Origin: Octopus bimaculoides
Lineage: Eukaryota
DNA length: 64,000 nucleotides
Direction of reading: 5' to 3'
NCBI RefSeq assembly: GCF_001194135.2
Contig: NC_068984.1
Span: forward strand, 126,332,426-126,396,425
Positions within the stretch are counted from its first letter, which is position 1; each line of letters opens with the position of its first letter. The position numbers and the translations under genes were made by a program. The notes beneath the pieces are model-generated. The model had not been told where the DNA came from, made no database searches, and saw nothing but the letters and a program-made list of their open reading frames with translations. Below are positions 37,887 to 51,250 of the stretch, one piece after another.

Positions 37887-38430
37887 CCTTTCCTAACCTT
37901 GTAGCAAACACCCACTTCCTTTACCATGCACCTTTCACAACCCTTGTAGTGCATGCCTGCATGCATACATAACATGCACATAAACTGTTGAAAAAAAAAC
38001 ACACGTGTATACACAAACATACACACACACAAACATGCACACACACTCACACTTTACTAACCTGGTACCACACAAAAATGTGTGTTCTCTATCTGAACCC
38101 TGTGTGTTTTCAGTTGAACACTTGCCATATTCGCCCTCTCTAACCAACCATGATTTCATGCAACACTGGACTTGACGCAACTGTCATTGTTGATGATGAT
38201 GATTTATGTATGTATGTGAAACAATCCTCAGCGAATTCTGTAACTGTTTCCTTCTCCATAAATCTCTGTCTGCAGCTACTTATTGTTTCTTATTTCTGTA
38301 ACTCTATACTACCACCTCACGTTCTCCCTCTCTACACATCTTTCTTTCTCTTTTTACACAGTTCTCTGTTAGTGTACAGTGTGTGTATGTTTATTTGTGT
38401 ATATTCCTCTGTATGTATGTGTATTTATGT

Positions 38431-38490
<60 letters not shown>

Positions 38491-39040
38491 CTTTTCTATC
38501 TATCTGTCCATCTCCCTCTCTTTCAGACTATAGAGCTGTCTGTTGTTGTGTGCGTGTCTACTGTTTACATGCCTGTTTGTATGCACCTCTATATATTACT
38601 TGCATATGCTCGTGTATATCTCAGCATTCCTTTCTCTGTGTGTGTGTGTGATTGATGTGTGTGTTTTGATCATGTAAAAAAAGTGTGAAACCATGATTCA
38701 TGAGTTGCTGCTAACCATTACTTTTGGTCATTATCAGTAGCCCAGCTGAAAATAAGTCACTGTGTGTGGGTGAGTCCCTCAAAATCCTCTGCTTACTCAA
38801 TCACCTGTCACATATTGTTAGAGAAAGGGGTACAGAATTTTGTCCCAGCTAATAGGGTAGCTATCTGAGGTGTTACCCATAAGGTTAAGCTCCTATCCTA
38901 TCTAGCAGTAAACTGCATTGGGAAACTTTTTCCACCTGTACCCTCTGACAAACTGTTACACAATATAAAAGAAAATGCAGTAAGGAGTGGCATGGGAAGA
39001 GCCTGTGTTGTCTTGAGACCAAAGGTTTAGCATAGATGCT

Positions 39041-39224
39041 TACGAGAGGGTGCAGAAAAGTTCCTGGCCTTGGGTAAAAGAAAATACAGGAGTATCAGTT
39101 AATTATGATTTTATGCAATGTATTCCCCTCTCACATTCACACACTTATTGCAGTGGTCCTTCTAAACTCTGTAAAAGATCTCAGAAGGTTTAAAGCCAGG
39201 AACTTTTCAGCACCCCCTTGGATA
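39041..39224. mobile_element. Mariner-type MITE
   Basis: TIRs tacgagagggtgcagaaaagttcctggc / gccaggaacttttcagcacccc. Second copy at 45260-45475. Confidence 0.8.
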
Positions 39225-40779
39225 GCAGTCAATTCTGTTAAAGCTGGGTGGGGTGTTAGTCTTACCACCTAAAAAGAGAAATTAAAATGTATTCATGGTA
39301 TTTTATCATGACTCCAGCAAAGCAATAGAGAATTCCTCTACTCAGTGCTGCTTCTTTATGACTGACCCTTGGTTAGTCCACATTACTCTGTAGGGAGCAT
39401 AGGGCCATTTTCCCAGTTTTCTGGTGTATATATATTCGTCCTTGGACAGGAAGCTAGTTTGTTGCAGGATTATCCATTTTTACCAGCTAAGTGGACTGGA
39501 GCAATGTAAAGTGAAGTGTTTTGTTGAAGAACACAATGTATTGCCCAGTCCAGGAATCAAAACCACAATCTTATGATCGTAAGTCCAACACTCTAACCTC
39601 TAAGCCATGTGCCTTTACTGAGACCAACATCCTAACCACTAAGCCATGTGATGCTCCTCCTTTATTGCATGGGAATTGTGTATACTCAGTTCCATGCATG
39701 TGCAATCAAGACACAAGAATCAAGTTAACTTGTTTGTGATAGGGTATTTAATGAAATTCTCCACATTTCATATGATGTAGTATGATCATTTTAATTCTAC
39801 TGGTCAATAGAAAGAGGTTGTGGGAACTGATTTGCATATGATTAGCATGTTACATTATCAACAAGAATTTATTTAGTGGATACAGTAAGGGTCAAGATTG
39901 GTCAGAGATCCATGACAGGTTGTCTTTGCTATTGCTATGTTTCTTTCTTGGGATGGTTCTTTGGTATTTGAATGCAGAGTTTTGAGACAGAGACAGTGTG
40001 GATATCAAAGTAGAGAAAGAATAGGGGGAAATCAAATGAAGGGAAAGAAATACAAAGTTTCAGAGGAAATATTTGAACAGGCCTTCATCCATGTTCACCA
40101 TTCACTGCATTTACCTCTATTTCTAGCCATCTGTGAACCAACCCATCCATCCTCAATTCTCAGTCCCTATTCCTTCTTTATTCACCATCTTGTACCTTGA
40201 TGGTACACCCTGACATTTCAACTCCACTGTCCTTTCTCTCTTTTATGTTGGGGTAGCCATGTATCACTCCAGCAAAATGCCTGTTCTTGCCACTATCTAC
40301 CATTTATACTTTAGCTTCTCAACGTCTGGCCAAAAAATCACTTCCCTCAGTATCATGCACCTCCTCGCCACTCTGTCAAGAGGTCTTGTCTTGTGAATTA
40401 CTTGCTGACCTCACTTGTGTTGGTGCCACGAAAAAAAAAAAGAAAAATCCACCTAGTGCATGCTGTAAAGCAGTAGACATTAGGAAGGGCATCCAACCAT
40501 ACAAACCTTACCAAAGCAGACACTGGGGCCAAACACAGCCCTTTGGCTCATTGGGTTCTCTTGAACCATCTTGCCCATGCTAGCATGGAACATGGACATT
40601 AAATAATTGCATCTAGTCAAAAGTGTGTACATCCCACAACTGATTTGTTAGGACTTCACTGAGACTGCATACATATGTATAATGATAAACAAATTTATCT
40701 ATTTTTTGGAGCCCTCTCAGTTCCTCTCCATCTCTCAGCTGAGACAGCCTTGTCTTGTAATCCACTTGGTGACCCTGTG

Positions 40780-41040
40780 GGTACTGGCTACTGACACCAT
40801 ATAAAAAGCACCTGTGTGAGTGCCATGTGTAGGAGCACCCTTTCCAGTGCCATGTGAAAAGCACCAATGCTGGCACCACATAAAAAGCACCCAGTATACT
40901 CTGTAAAGTGGTTGGCATTAAGAAAAGCATCCAACTGTAGAGACTATGCCAAAACAGACAACTGGAGTCTGGTGCAGCTCTCCAACTTTCCAGGCACTTG
41001 TCAAACTGTCCATCCCATGCCAGCATGGAAAATAGATGAT
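40780..41040 (+). mobile_element. RTE-type 3' tail element
   Basis: aaaaagcacccagtatactctgtaaagtggttggcattaagaaaagcatcc...gccagcatggaaaatagatgat. Confidence 0.7.
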
Positions 41041-41377
41041 GTATGTATGGGGGCACACAAATAATAGACCAGCTCTAACAGAGAATCGAACCCGGGTTGA
41101 AGATTTTGCTCTCAGGAGCTTACCTCATATCACTCTGTAATTGTTATATATAAGATGTTTGTAGCATGACATATCTCCTTGGTAGCCAAAGAGGGCTTTC
41201 CAACATATTGGAACGCCTACTCACTCTACAGTTCCATGCAAGTATAATTATTACCTAATAGTGATTTTAATTTTATGTTTTTTGCAGATTAGATGATTAA
41301 GAGTGGAATGATTGATTCATTTTAATAATCGAGAACTACCCTGATAGAAATCTTGGTTATACCCGGATGTGTATATA

Positions 41378-41436
<59 letters not shown>

Positions 41437-42169
41437 CTACACATTTTCCTGTTTAATTAAGGAGTAAAAGTGATCAATAGATATGACGTAGACTGTTCAC
41501 TCATTCTGTTAATTTCAGATGAATGTGTGCATATATATGTATATGCACACACACACAAACTGCACATACATACATACATNNNNNNNNNNNNNNNNNNNNN
41601 NNNNNNNNNNNNNNNNNNNNNNNNNNNNNNNNNNNNNNNNNNNNNNNNNNNNNNNNNNNNNNNNNNNNNNNNNNNNNNNNNNNNNNNNNNNNNNNNNNNN
41701 NNNNNNNNNNNNNNNNNNNNNNNNNNNNNNNNNNNNNNNNNNNNNNNNNNNNNNNNNNNNNNNNNNNNNNNNNNNNNNNNNNNNNNNNNNNNNNNNNNNN
41801 NNNNNNNNNNNNNNNNNNNNNNNNNNNNNNNNNNNNNNNNNNNNNNNNNNNNNNNNNNNNNNNNNNNNNNNNNNNNNNNNNNNNNNNNNNNNNNNNNNNN
41901 NNNNNNNNNNNNNNNNNNNNNNNNNNNNNNNNNNNNNNNNNNNNNNNNNNNNNNNNNNNNNATATATATTAAAGGTTAGCTGAGTTAGAGATTAAAATAA
42001 CCATCTAAGGGATAAAAGTATCCATTATACTACTGGTATATTACCTATGTTTAACAATGGGCATACATATGCAAGCATATTAAGCTCATAAACTATAGGT
42101 AAAGACAAGGATAAACATGAGTTTATCAGGAATCAAAGTTCAAAGAAAAAAGAAAATGGAGAAATATTC

Positions 42170-42385
42170 TTTTCTACTCTAAGCACAAGGACCAAAATTT
42201 TGTGGGAGGAGGCCAGTCGATTAGATTAACCCCAGTATGCAACTGGTACCTAATTTATCGACCCTAACAAGGATGAAAGACAAAGTCAACCTTGGCGGAA
42301 TTTGAACTCAGAACATAAAGACAGACGAAATATTGCTAAGCATTTTGCCTGATGTACTAACATTTCTGCCAGCTTGCTGCCTAAA
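42170..42385 (-). mobile_element. SINE family C
   Basis: Reverse complement of 58938-59166 (ggcggaatttgaactcagaac, tatcgaccc...aaggatgaaa). Confidence 0.85.
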
Positions 42386-42460
42386 TGGAGAAAAATTGAT
42401 GAACAACAATTGACTTACATCAATTATTATTTATTAATTCAATACAAATTGACAGCATCC

Positions 42461-42570
42461 CATCTAACAGCTGTTTCTGCTTCTAATGTTGTATAGTATT
42501 GCCATTGATATGGTAAAAATATCACATTTGGTAATAAAACCAATCTGAAACACGGAGCTTCATCAGAATG
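42461..42570 (-). ncRNA. Hammerhead-ribozyme-like motif with long stem II insert
   Basis: Minus strand catt-CTGATGA-agct...(~75 nt)...agca-GAAA-CAGCTG-TT-agatg. Confidence 0.45.
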
Positions 42571-45259
42571 AAGAATAAATAAAAAAAAGAAGAGTCTAGA
42601 GAAGAAAAAGGATAAGTTGAATATGGTTATAATCATACCATGTTGTTTGTGTATCTCTTTGGGACGTTAAGTAAATGACTAAACTTAAAATAGTATTTGG
42701 TGGGTTAATCTCGTGGATAGGATGGATATATGTATATATATATATATATATATACATACATGCACACATGTGTATATATATATGTATATTTACTGTATTT
42801 GTTGCATATGGGTGTTTATCCATTTTGTTGCTACTCAGATGTTGCTGAAACAATCACATGTATGAGCAAAAGGCATAAAACTCTGAGTAGCAAAAGGGTA
42901 AATCATAAGCTGTTCCCAGTATTTTTACACATACAGGCACACACACTCACGCACACGCAATATGTGATGGGCTTCTTTCAGTTTCTCTCTACCAAATCTT
43001 TCAGTTTCTATCTACCAAATCCACTGACAAGGCTCTGGTCAGCCTGAGGCTATAGTAGAAGACACTTGCCCAAAATGTCACACAGTAGGACTGAACCCAA
43101 AACCATGTGGTTTGGAAGCAAATGTGTTACCACACAGCCATGCCTGCACCTACTTTTAAATAGTAAATGCAGATGCATCCTTGTTTATTTATTGATATGA
43201 AGATTAATTAAATTAAAACTGTTTGATAAAAGGAAATCTTAAATGATAGAACTGGCTTGAAGAGATTTTTCTAGGCATGTATGCTGGATATCAACCAACA
43301 AGCATCCAAGTCATGCTTTTATGACTTTGCTATAGCAGTGTTTGATTGTCAGTAGATGACCTCATTATTTCAGTAGATAACTTCACTGGTTGAATAGGCA
43401 CTCTGATTGGTTGATTAGATGCTTTCAGTAGTTGAATTAATATTCCATTGGTTCATTAAATGTCCTCATCGGTTGGGCAGCTTTCCACTTTGGATATTAA
43501 ATATTTTTTTGATTGCATAGTCTGAAGAAGAGGCCATTGACCGTAACATTTGTAGACCTACTTAGATTGGTGATGTTAATGTTCATGTCGTTGTTGCTGG
43601 AAATTTAAGCAGGTTGATATCGGTAAGGATTAATTAACTAAGAAGTCTTAGGAGTTATGTTTTTGAGAAGAGATGGGGGGGGGGGCATTTAGTATGGGCT
43701 TTTAGTTTAAGTGAGGTACTGTAGGCATGTTGAGATGCAGAGAGGTTAGTAACATTAGTTGTTGGACTGTGGCCATGCTGGGGCACCACCTTCAAGGGTT
43801 TAGTCAAACAAATTGATTTTCAGTACTCTTTCTTTAGCTTAGTACTTATTCTATCAGTGTCTTTTGCTGAACTGCAAAGTTATGGGGTTGTAAACAAAGA
43901 TAATAGGTTGTGATTTGAGGGAGCTTTGGCTGCTGTTTCTGGCTGTTCAAGTGACCATGTAGATATAGTTAGTTTCTTTACATTTGTTGCAACTGCTTGC
44001 TGGTACTGCATACTGCATAATGAGACTTGGTTGTTAAGTTGTTGTCAGCAGCCAGGCTTTGACTAAAATAAATTTTGAAGCAGCATTCTGGTAATATCTA
44101 AATTTTGTCACTGTTCCAAAGACTTGTCACCATTTTGACGACTCAGCAGAAATGAGTCATGGTGAGTTTTTATCAGGCAAATAGAACTCCTGGTATTAAA
44201 CCTCCAGGGAATTTTAACATATTCCAGGATTACAAGAATACCTTTAGTGATAGATGTTAAGACAAGCACTGAGACAAGGGACGTATATGGTTATTTTCCC
44301 ATAGCTAGGCATACTTTTCATGGATGACTGGAAATGAACAATGCTGCTTGTATGATGTTGATGATGCCTATTTACAACTATCATGTGATGTCTAGGCATG
44401 TGTACACACCAACACACAGAAGCAGTTTTATGCATCAATCTATCTTTTGTTAAGGAATGTCTTGCTTCAAGCTAATTCTTGCTGAGATATGTCAATTTTA
44501 TTGAGGCAGAGTAACTTACAGAAAATGCCAGTTCTATTTTTTGATAGATATTTAACATCATTACCAGAATAACCAAGCAGTTTAATTCGGTAGCTAAATG
44601 GTTAAGGTAAATGGTAAATGGGTGGTGAAGGGGATATTAATATAATTCCAGTGTGAAGGAGATATAATCTGGTAGATAGTTCTGAGGATAATCTAGTTTG
44701 TCAAAACACATTGCATCTACATTTTTTTAACAAACTGAAGAAGTTTTCTATAGGACCATTCACTTGCTAGAAATGATAACTGTCTCTTCTGCAAATAATC
44801 ACCTACTATATTACAAAAATGACACATTGAATAATATAGTCGTAGATGGTCCCACCCACACTAGCATGGAAGGTGGACGTTAAATGATGATGATGGTTGA
44901 ATAAAGGATGGGCTGGAACACATTTGATCATAGTTCTGCTTGATCGGTGCTGGTTCATGGCTAAATAAAAACACTACTATCCCATCTCAGCTGTAAAATT
45001 TGTTATTGAGAGAAGAAAAAAAACTCATCCAATGGTCCAATATTTATTGCAATGATTCAGATAAATGTCAGAATTTGAATAACTATCAAACCATTGCTAT
45101 GTAATAATGGAAGAAAAAGAATTTTAAAGACCTTCTCTCTGTTTGTGGGTGGATTTACAATAAATTTTATATATATATATACACCATCTCTCTCTTTCTC
45201 TCACTCATACACACTCACATGCACAAACACACACTCGTGTAGATATGTATGTAAATTCA

Positions 45260-45475
45260 TATGAGGGTCTGCTGAAAAGTTCCTGGCTTTGGGCAGAAGA
45301 AAATACTGAAAGATCAGTTAATTGTGATTTTATTCAACATGTTCGCCTCTCAGATTCACACACTTATTGCCGTGGTCTTTCAGTTTTGCTAAGCCCTGTA
45401 AAAGAACTCTGAATGCTGGGCCTCCAACCGGCCTTTTATGATACCCTTAAAGCCAGGAACTTTTCAGCATGCATA
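45260..45475. mobile_element. Mariner-type MITE
   Basis: tatgagggtctgctgaaaagttcctggcttt...aaagccaggaacttttcagca. Alignable with 39041-39224. Confidence 0.8.
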
Positions 45476-46309
45476 CACATATATTCACACATATGTGTGT
45501 GTGTGTGTGTGTATGTGTGCGTGTGATTGTGTGTACGTTTGTGCCTCCTTGTCTTGACAACACATGATAGTTGTAAATGAGTGTTACTCTAATATAAGAA
45601 AAGTCATTCATATCCAATATTCTGCAAAAACATGTGTGGCCATGGGGAAATATTATCTTGCTTGAAAACAAGTGAGTGTTGGTGACAAGAAGGTTATCCA
45701 ACCATAAAAAAATCTACCTCAATAAACTCCGTCTGACCTATGCAGGTATGAAAAAGTGGATGATAAAACAACGAAGATAACATCAATCTAAATCTTGATG
45801 TAATGATAAATTTCCTCTGGTCCTGTTCATTTGCACAATATACACGTGTGTGAATGTTGATATATAAATTATTAATGTGTGTAGAATATGTACCTTCATG
45901 TATATATGTGTTTGTGTAAGTATAGGTGTACTGTCTATAGTTTGTATTTGTTGTATTTATATGTATAAAAATTTACACACTTGCAAATATAGTGGGTGCG
46001 TTGATATACAGAAATTATGTATGAATATATTTGCATGTAGTTTCATATATATATATATATATATATATATGTCCATATCTGTGTGTGTGTGTAAGTTAAT
46101 ATTTACAGATCTGTGTATATGTATGTAGAGTTGTGTGTGTGTGTTGTGGATGTGTAGTTTCTTATATATATATCTGTGTATATGCACACAAGTTTTTATG
46201 TACATAGCTTTGTAAGTGTGCGTGTGTGTACTTTCATATTTAGATATAAAATTTTATATGTATTGCATCTGTAGATTCATATATATACATATTTATGGGT
46301 GTATGTGTG

Positions 46310-46376
<67 letters not shown>

Positions 46377-46652
46377 TAAATTCATTAATACATAGCCGTA
46401 TGTGTGTGAATGTGTTAATACATATATATAAATATAGATATATTTTGGAGCTTTATCAGCAATTTCCAAGGCACACATACATACACACACTCATGCATCT
46501 CCCTATAGACACTGACCTTTATCAAATCTTCATATAAATTTAATATTTCAACTACTTAATGGTTTGTGAGTCTATATATTTTGTGCCTGTCTTTATACAT
46601 ATGTATGTATGTATGTATGTATGTATGCATACACATATAATGCACATACCAT

Positions 46653-46725
<73 letters not shown>

Positions 46726-46798
46726 CATGTATATATATATATATATGTATGCATGTATATATATNNNNNNNNNNNNNNNNNNNNNNNNNNNNNNNNNN

Positions 46799-46842
<44 letters not shown>

Positions 46843-46845
<3 letters not shown>

Positions 46846-46996
46846 TCATCATCATCATCGTTTAACGTCCGCTTTCCATGCTAGCATGGGTTGGACGATT
46901 TGACTGAGGACTGGTGCAACCGGATGGCTACACCAGACTCCAATCTAATTTGGCAGAGTTTCTACAGCTGGATGCCCTTCCTAACGCCAACCACTC
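46843..46996 (-). mobile_element. Young RTE-type 3' tail element inside a (TA)n tract
   Basis: (tca)n-tcgtttaacgtccgctttccatgctagcatgggttggacg...ctaacgccaaccactc. Confidence 0.88.
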
Positions 46997-47012
46997 ATAT
47001 ATATATGTATGC

Positions 47013-47056
<44 letters not shown>

Positions 47057-47539
47057 AAAGGTATGAACAAAATAGATAACACAAGAGGGACAAATTACAC
47101 ACACACACATATATAATATAATATACATTGGCATGGCTGAGTGGATAAAAAGTTCATTTGACACTCCAGAGGTCCTGGATTCACTCCACTGCATAGGATC
47201 TTGTGTAAATGTCTTATTATATTCTTGAGTTAACCTGATTCTTGAGAATTCTTGAGGTTCTTGAGAATTTTTGAGAACCTGATTTGTGAGAATGAAATTG
47301 GACAAATAAAAACTGTTTGGAAGCCCATCAGATGGACTGTGCCTCTAATTCAAAGGTTCAGCCATGTCACATTGCATGGCTCTGATTCTACATGAGAATT
47401 ACATTAAGGGTACATGTGTATATGGAATACTCAGCCACTTATGTTCTAATTCAACGAGTAAATGAGTAAATAGTTGACTGAACAACTGGGACTTCATTTT
47501 ATTCTTGATGGGCAAATTTATTACACACACATACATATA

Positions 47540-47835
47540 TGTTTACATACACATGTATACACACACATTCATATATGTATGTATGTGTGTGTATATATAT
47601 GTGTGTGTGTATATATATGTGTGTGTGTGTATATATACGTGTGTGTGTATGCGTGTGTGTATATGTGTGTGTATATATGTGTGTGTATATGTGTATATAT
47701 GTGTGTGTATATGTGTGTGTGTATATGTGTATGTGTGTGTATATTTATATATGTGTGTGTATATATGCGTGTATGTATGTGTGTGTATATGTGTGTGTGT
47801 GCATATGTGTGTGTGAGAGTATATATGTATATATA
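47540..47835. repeat. Compound (TG)n/(TA)n cryptic microsatellite
   Basis: ~300 bp of alternating tg/ta dinucleotides. Confidence 0.9.
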
Positions 47836-47926
47836 GTTCAAAATTGTACAAAAACAAACAACAAAAGACAGACAGGCAAGGGAGCAAGAAAGTGTATTAG
47901 TTTGATGCTCAGGGAAAATGGAAGAG

Positions 47927-47964
47927 CCTTTGATGTTTCAAGCCTATGTTCTTCTACAGAAAGG
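47927..47964 (-). ncRNA. Degenerate minimal type I hammerhead-like motif
   Basis: Minus strand CCTTT-CTGTAGA-a-gaac atag gctt-GAAA-CA-TC-AAAGG, with a perfect 5-bp stem I (ccttt/aaagg). Confidence 0.5.
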
Positions 47965-48712
47965 AATAATGAAAGAGAGAACAGATGGAGAGAGAGCGAA
48001 AAAAATGGAGAGCAAAATGGGAAAAAAATGACGATTGACAAATTGAGTATGTTATGCTATGCAAGCTTGTCTTATTACTGTGCATGAAACTTGAAGTAAC
48101 TCATGTATAACTCTTGTATTCATTAAATGATATATCTCTCTCTAGCCCTCATCGTTTGTTTTAATTGTTTTGTTCTTACCGTCCTGTTTTTTTTACCACT
48201 TTAATCCTCCGCAAAAAATCCCAAATTTTATTTAATTTGCTTTGCAGAAAGGACTCTTTTAACGAAGTCACATCTTGTCCATACCTTTGAAATGCGGAGA
48301 AGATAAAACAGGGGACAACTGATGAAGGGAATGTTCTTTGTGTTGCCTGTCTCGTTTCTCTATTTGTTTCTTTCGTTGTTCGAATAAATTTTGTTTTTTA
48401 TGCTTTCATTTCTCATTTTGTTCACGTTTTTTTGATGTCCTGTACCCATATGTGTAGGCATGTACATGTATGTGTGTATATATGCATATATATATACATA
48501 TTATTTATATTATTATATGTATATTTAAATGTACATACATCAATATTGTATTTATAACTGCTGTGAAATTATAATGATGATGATGATGTGTGCTTGTATG
48601 TCCTTTTCAAGACAGCTATATGTCAAGGTGATTATATTATGGAAGTTACCTGGATCCAGCAGAGTTTTTGTGCTATTACTCACAGACTTATGGTGTCTTT
48701 GGTGGTCATTAA

Positions 48713-48933
48713 CCCTTTAGCATTCGTATTTCTCTATCAAATGTAATACTTATTTATTCACATTGTTTTGAATTAATCATGCATTACCTTGTTGCTTAGA
48801 GATTTTTATGATGCAGTTGTTTATTTTTAGAACAACATTAAAGCATAGGTGTGAGAGGCTAGAATCTTGCTGATTTGACCACAAAACAGATGGCATATTT
48901 TGGCCGGATATGGCTGGTTTAAATGTTAAAGGA
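48713..48933. mobile_element. piggyBac-like MITE (opposite orientation to 7221 and 21816)
   Basis: TTAA-ccctttagcattc...aatgttaaagga-TTAA. Confidence 0.8.
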
Positions 48934-49605
48934 TTAACATTAAAGGGTTGCTATGTTGATTTTAATTCTTTTGAATCCAATCAGCCTGAGTTTACCCAAT
49001 ACTAAAACTCTTTGCTTTTAATATATTTAATTCAAAGCCCCAACCAATGAAAGAGATTCTATATGGTTACTTGACCTGGTAAAAATAATAGCCAAATCTC
49101 CCTTACATTTCTCCCATATTTTAGAGAAGGACACACTGAACAGTTCAATCCATGAATTTACAAAATAGACAAAATGGTCACAGTTTGACTGCTTTGATAA
49201 TAGGTTTTCTACTGCAAGGATTTTCTTAGTCTAAACAACAACAATAATAACCAATGTATCAACAGCCAACGAAGAAACCTCTATGAAGTTATGTAACCTG
49301 CAGGAAGTAATAGCTAAACTTCCCTCATCATACTCCATCATAGTATATTATGTTCACTATATTCTTATGTAAAGAAGACTGGGATGGTCAAGGCTGGAAT
49401 GCCATTGGTCATAGTTCTGCTTAATATGAGCTGATGTAGGGTTAAACTCAATTCCAACACCACTAATGTATAAAGTTACCAATGTTTTACTGAACTCTTC
49501 CAAAACCTTGATTATTTTAAAAATCACTTGAAATACACTAGCAATTTACTTATTAGAAATATATATGAGACAGCATTTACAGTTTTAGATGTTATTATTG
49601 TTTAA

Positions 49606-49822
49606 CCCTTTAGTATTCAGATTACTCTGTCAAATGTAATACTTATTTATTCACATTGTTTTGAATTAATAATGCATTATCTCATACCTTCTCAATTTCG
49701 ATGATATGATTGTTTATTTTTAGGATGATATTGTAGGGTAGGTGTTGGAGGAAGGATCTGGCTGGTTTAAACACAAAACAGGTAGAATATTTCAGCCAAA
49801 TACATGTTTAAAAGCTAAAACG
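49606..49822. mobile_element. piggyBac-like MITE
   Basis: TTAA-ccctttagtattcag...gctaaaacg-TTAA. Confidence 0.75.
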
Positions 49823-50599
49823 TTAAAACAGCAGTTAAGGGCTGGATGGTTTTTTTCACTATTCTGTATTGAATACCTGCCTAGTTTGACTATCTTTTAT
49901 CATTGCAAGGGATAGATGATAAAATGAGTACCTACCAGTTTCTGGAGATTATTTGTTTGAATATAAATAAACTCACTCCAAAATCTGTGTCCTTGTGCTT
50001 ATATTGGAAATAACTTTTATTGTTGTCTTTATAATTCATGACTTGAGAAATATATCGAGAATTTGTTGTGTTTTGGAGAACATGCATAGGAATGTTCAAG
50101 GTTAATAAGAATATTTATTGACAAACTTTGAGAGAACATGAAATAATTCTATCTTGGAATGGTGGATCTTGAAGTCGATAAAGCTATAAATAATAGTATA
50201 TAAATATTGGCTTAAAAAGTCAAAGGTATCTGCTTTGAGATTCACTGTTCCAAAAAAAAAAATATTATATATAGAGGTATTTATGGTTGGCAAGGACATT
50301 CAAGATTAATGGAGAACGTTTAGAATTAACAAATGCTATATGAGAACACCCTAACCATATTTACAGATTCTTGTGTTAGTGCAATTTCATTATGAAAGAG
50401 CCATGCATTTAATAATGCATGAAGCTGTTACTTAAAATTTACTTTAAATTTATTTCATAAGGCACCAAAATTTTCATCACATAATTGTGACTGCAAACCT
50501 TGCATTGCTATTTTCTGGAACAACTCTATGTCTATCTATCTTAATTGATAATTTGTCAATTTCCTTACAGAAATGGTTCGTTACTCTAGTTGTATCAAT

Positions 50600-51250
50600 T
50601 ACAAAAGAAATCACACACATTTCTTAACTGCCATAATGTTTTTAGTTCAGCAGCTAGGCCAGTGTAAATTTCTTAGCTTTTCAGCTTATTTGTGAAAGAC
50701 ATTACAGTCATTTGGTATTGCTTTATCAATAATTAGTATACTATTGTTATTTTTGTTATGGAGTATGGTGTCAGAATTATTGTGTGCTGTCTAATGGTAC
50801 TGTCAGTATGCTAAACTTCCGTGATATTTTCACATTGAAATATACTAAAACAGAGAGATTCATATGACTACTAGAATGCTTTTTCTTGCTGCAGACGAAA
50901 TTTTGTGGCTAGATGTTATAAAGCAGCTTTAGCATGTTATTATGTCATCTTCAAGTATATTTTGTTGGAGCTAGTATGGGGCATCTTTATACAATGTGAT
51001 ATAGTATTTAAGGAAATACACCATAAGGGTGACATTTGTTCTCTATATTGCAGGAGTTTATTTCAATATATCTTGTGGTGATGGCATGTTTGTTCCTATA
51101 TTGTGAATGGTGCTGCCTCTGTTGTTCCATTCAAGCTTAATTTGAGCATCTAGGTGACAAATAGTCTCTTATTTATATATAGGAGATCTAGGTTGCAAAA
51201 TTATTTGCAATGTGTTTAAACGCTTTTATGGTTGATTACCACTGTTGAAC
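50600..51250 (-). pseudogene. Possible degenerate Penelope-like ORF fragment
   Basis: IKLEWNNRGSTIHN, NSCNIENKCHPYG and NKIYLKMT loosely resemble the PLE IKLSYSCMxN...HN, CNCxxxxxCPLxG and YIGxT motifs. Many stops. Confidence 0.25.

Noticed and set aside
41070-41110. Minus-strand B-box-like aacccgggttcgattctc
   Set aside because: No matching A box or cloverleaf; at most an isolated SINE or tRNA remnant.
43516-43557. Possible hammerhead CTGAAGA...GTAACATT
   Set aside because: The GAAA is mutated and stems I and III do not pair; too degenerate to support.
46712-47050. Repeated atatatatgtatgcatgtatat blocks around the 46843 element as a TSD
   Set aside because: They lie in a microsatellite next to an N gap, so slippage or misassembly is equally likely.
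47474-48087. ORFs rich in CV/YI/HT/LS dipeptide repeats here and throughout (e.g. 18364-18622, 38150-38655, 46556-46903)
   Set aside because: These are translations of (TG)n, (TA)n, (CA)n and (CT)n microsatellites.
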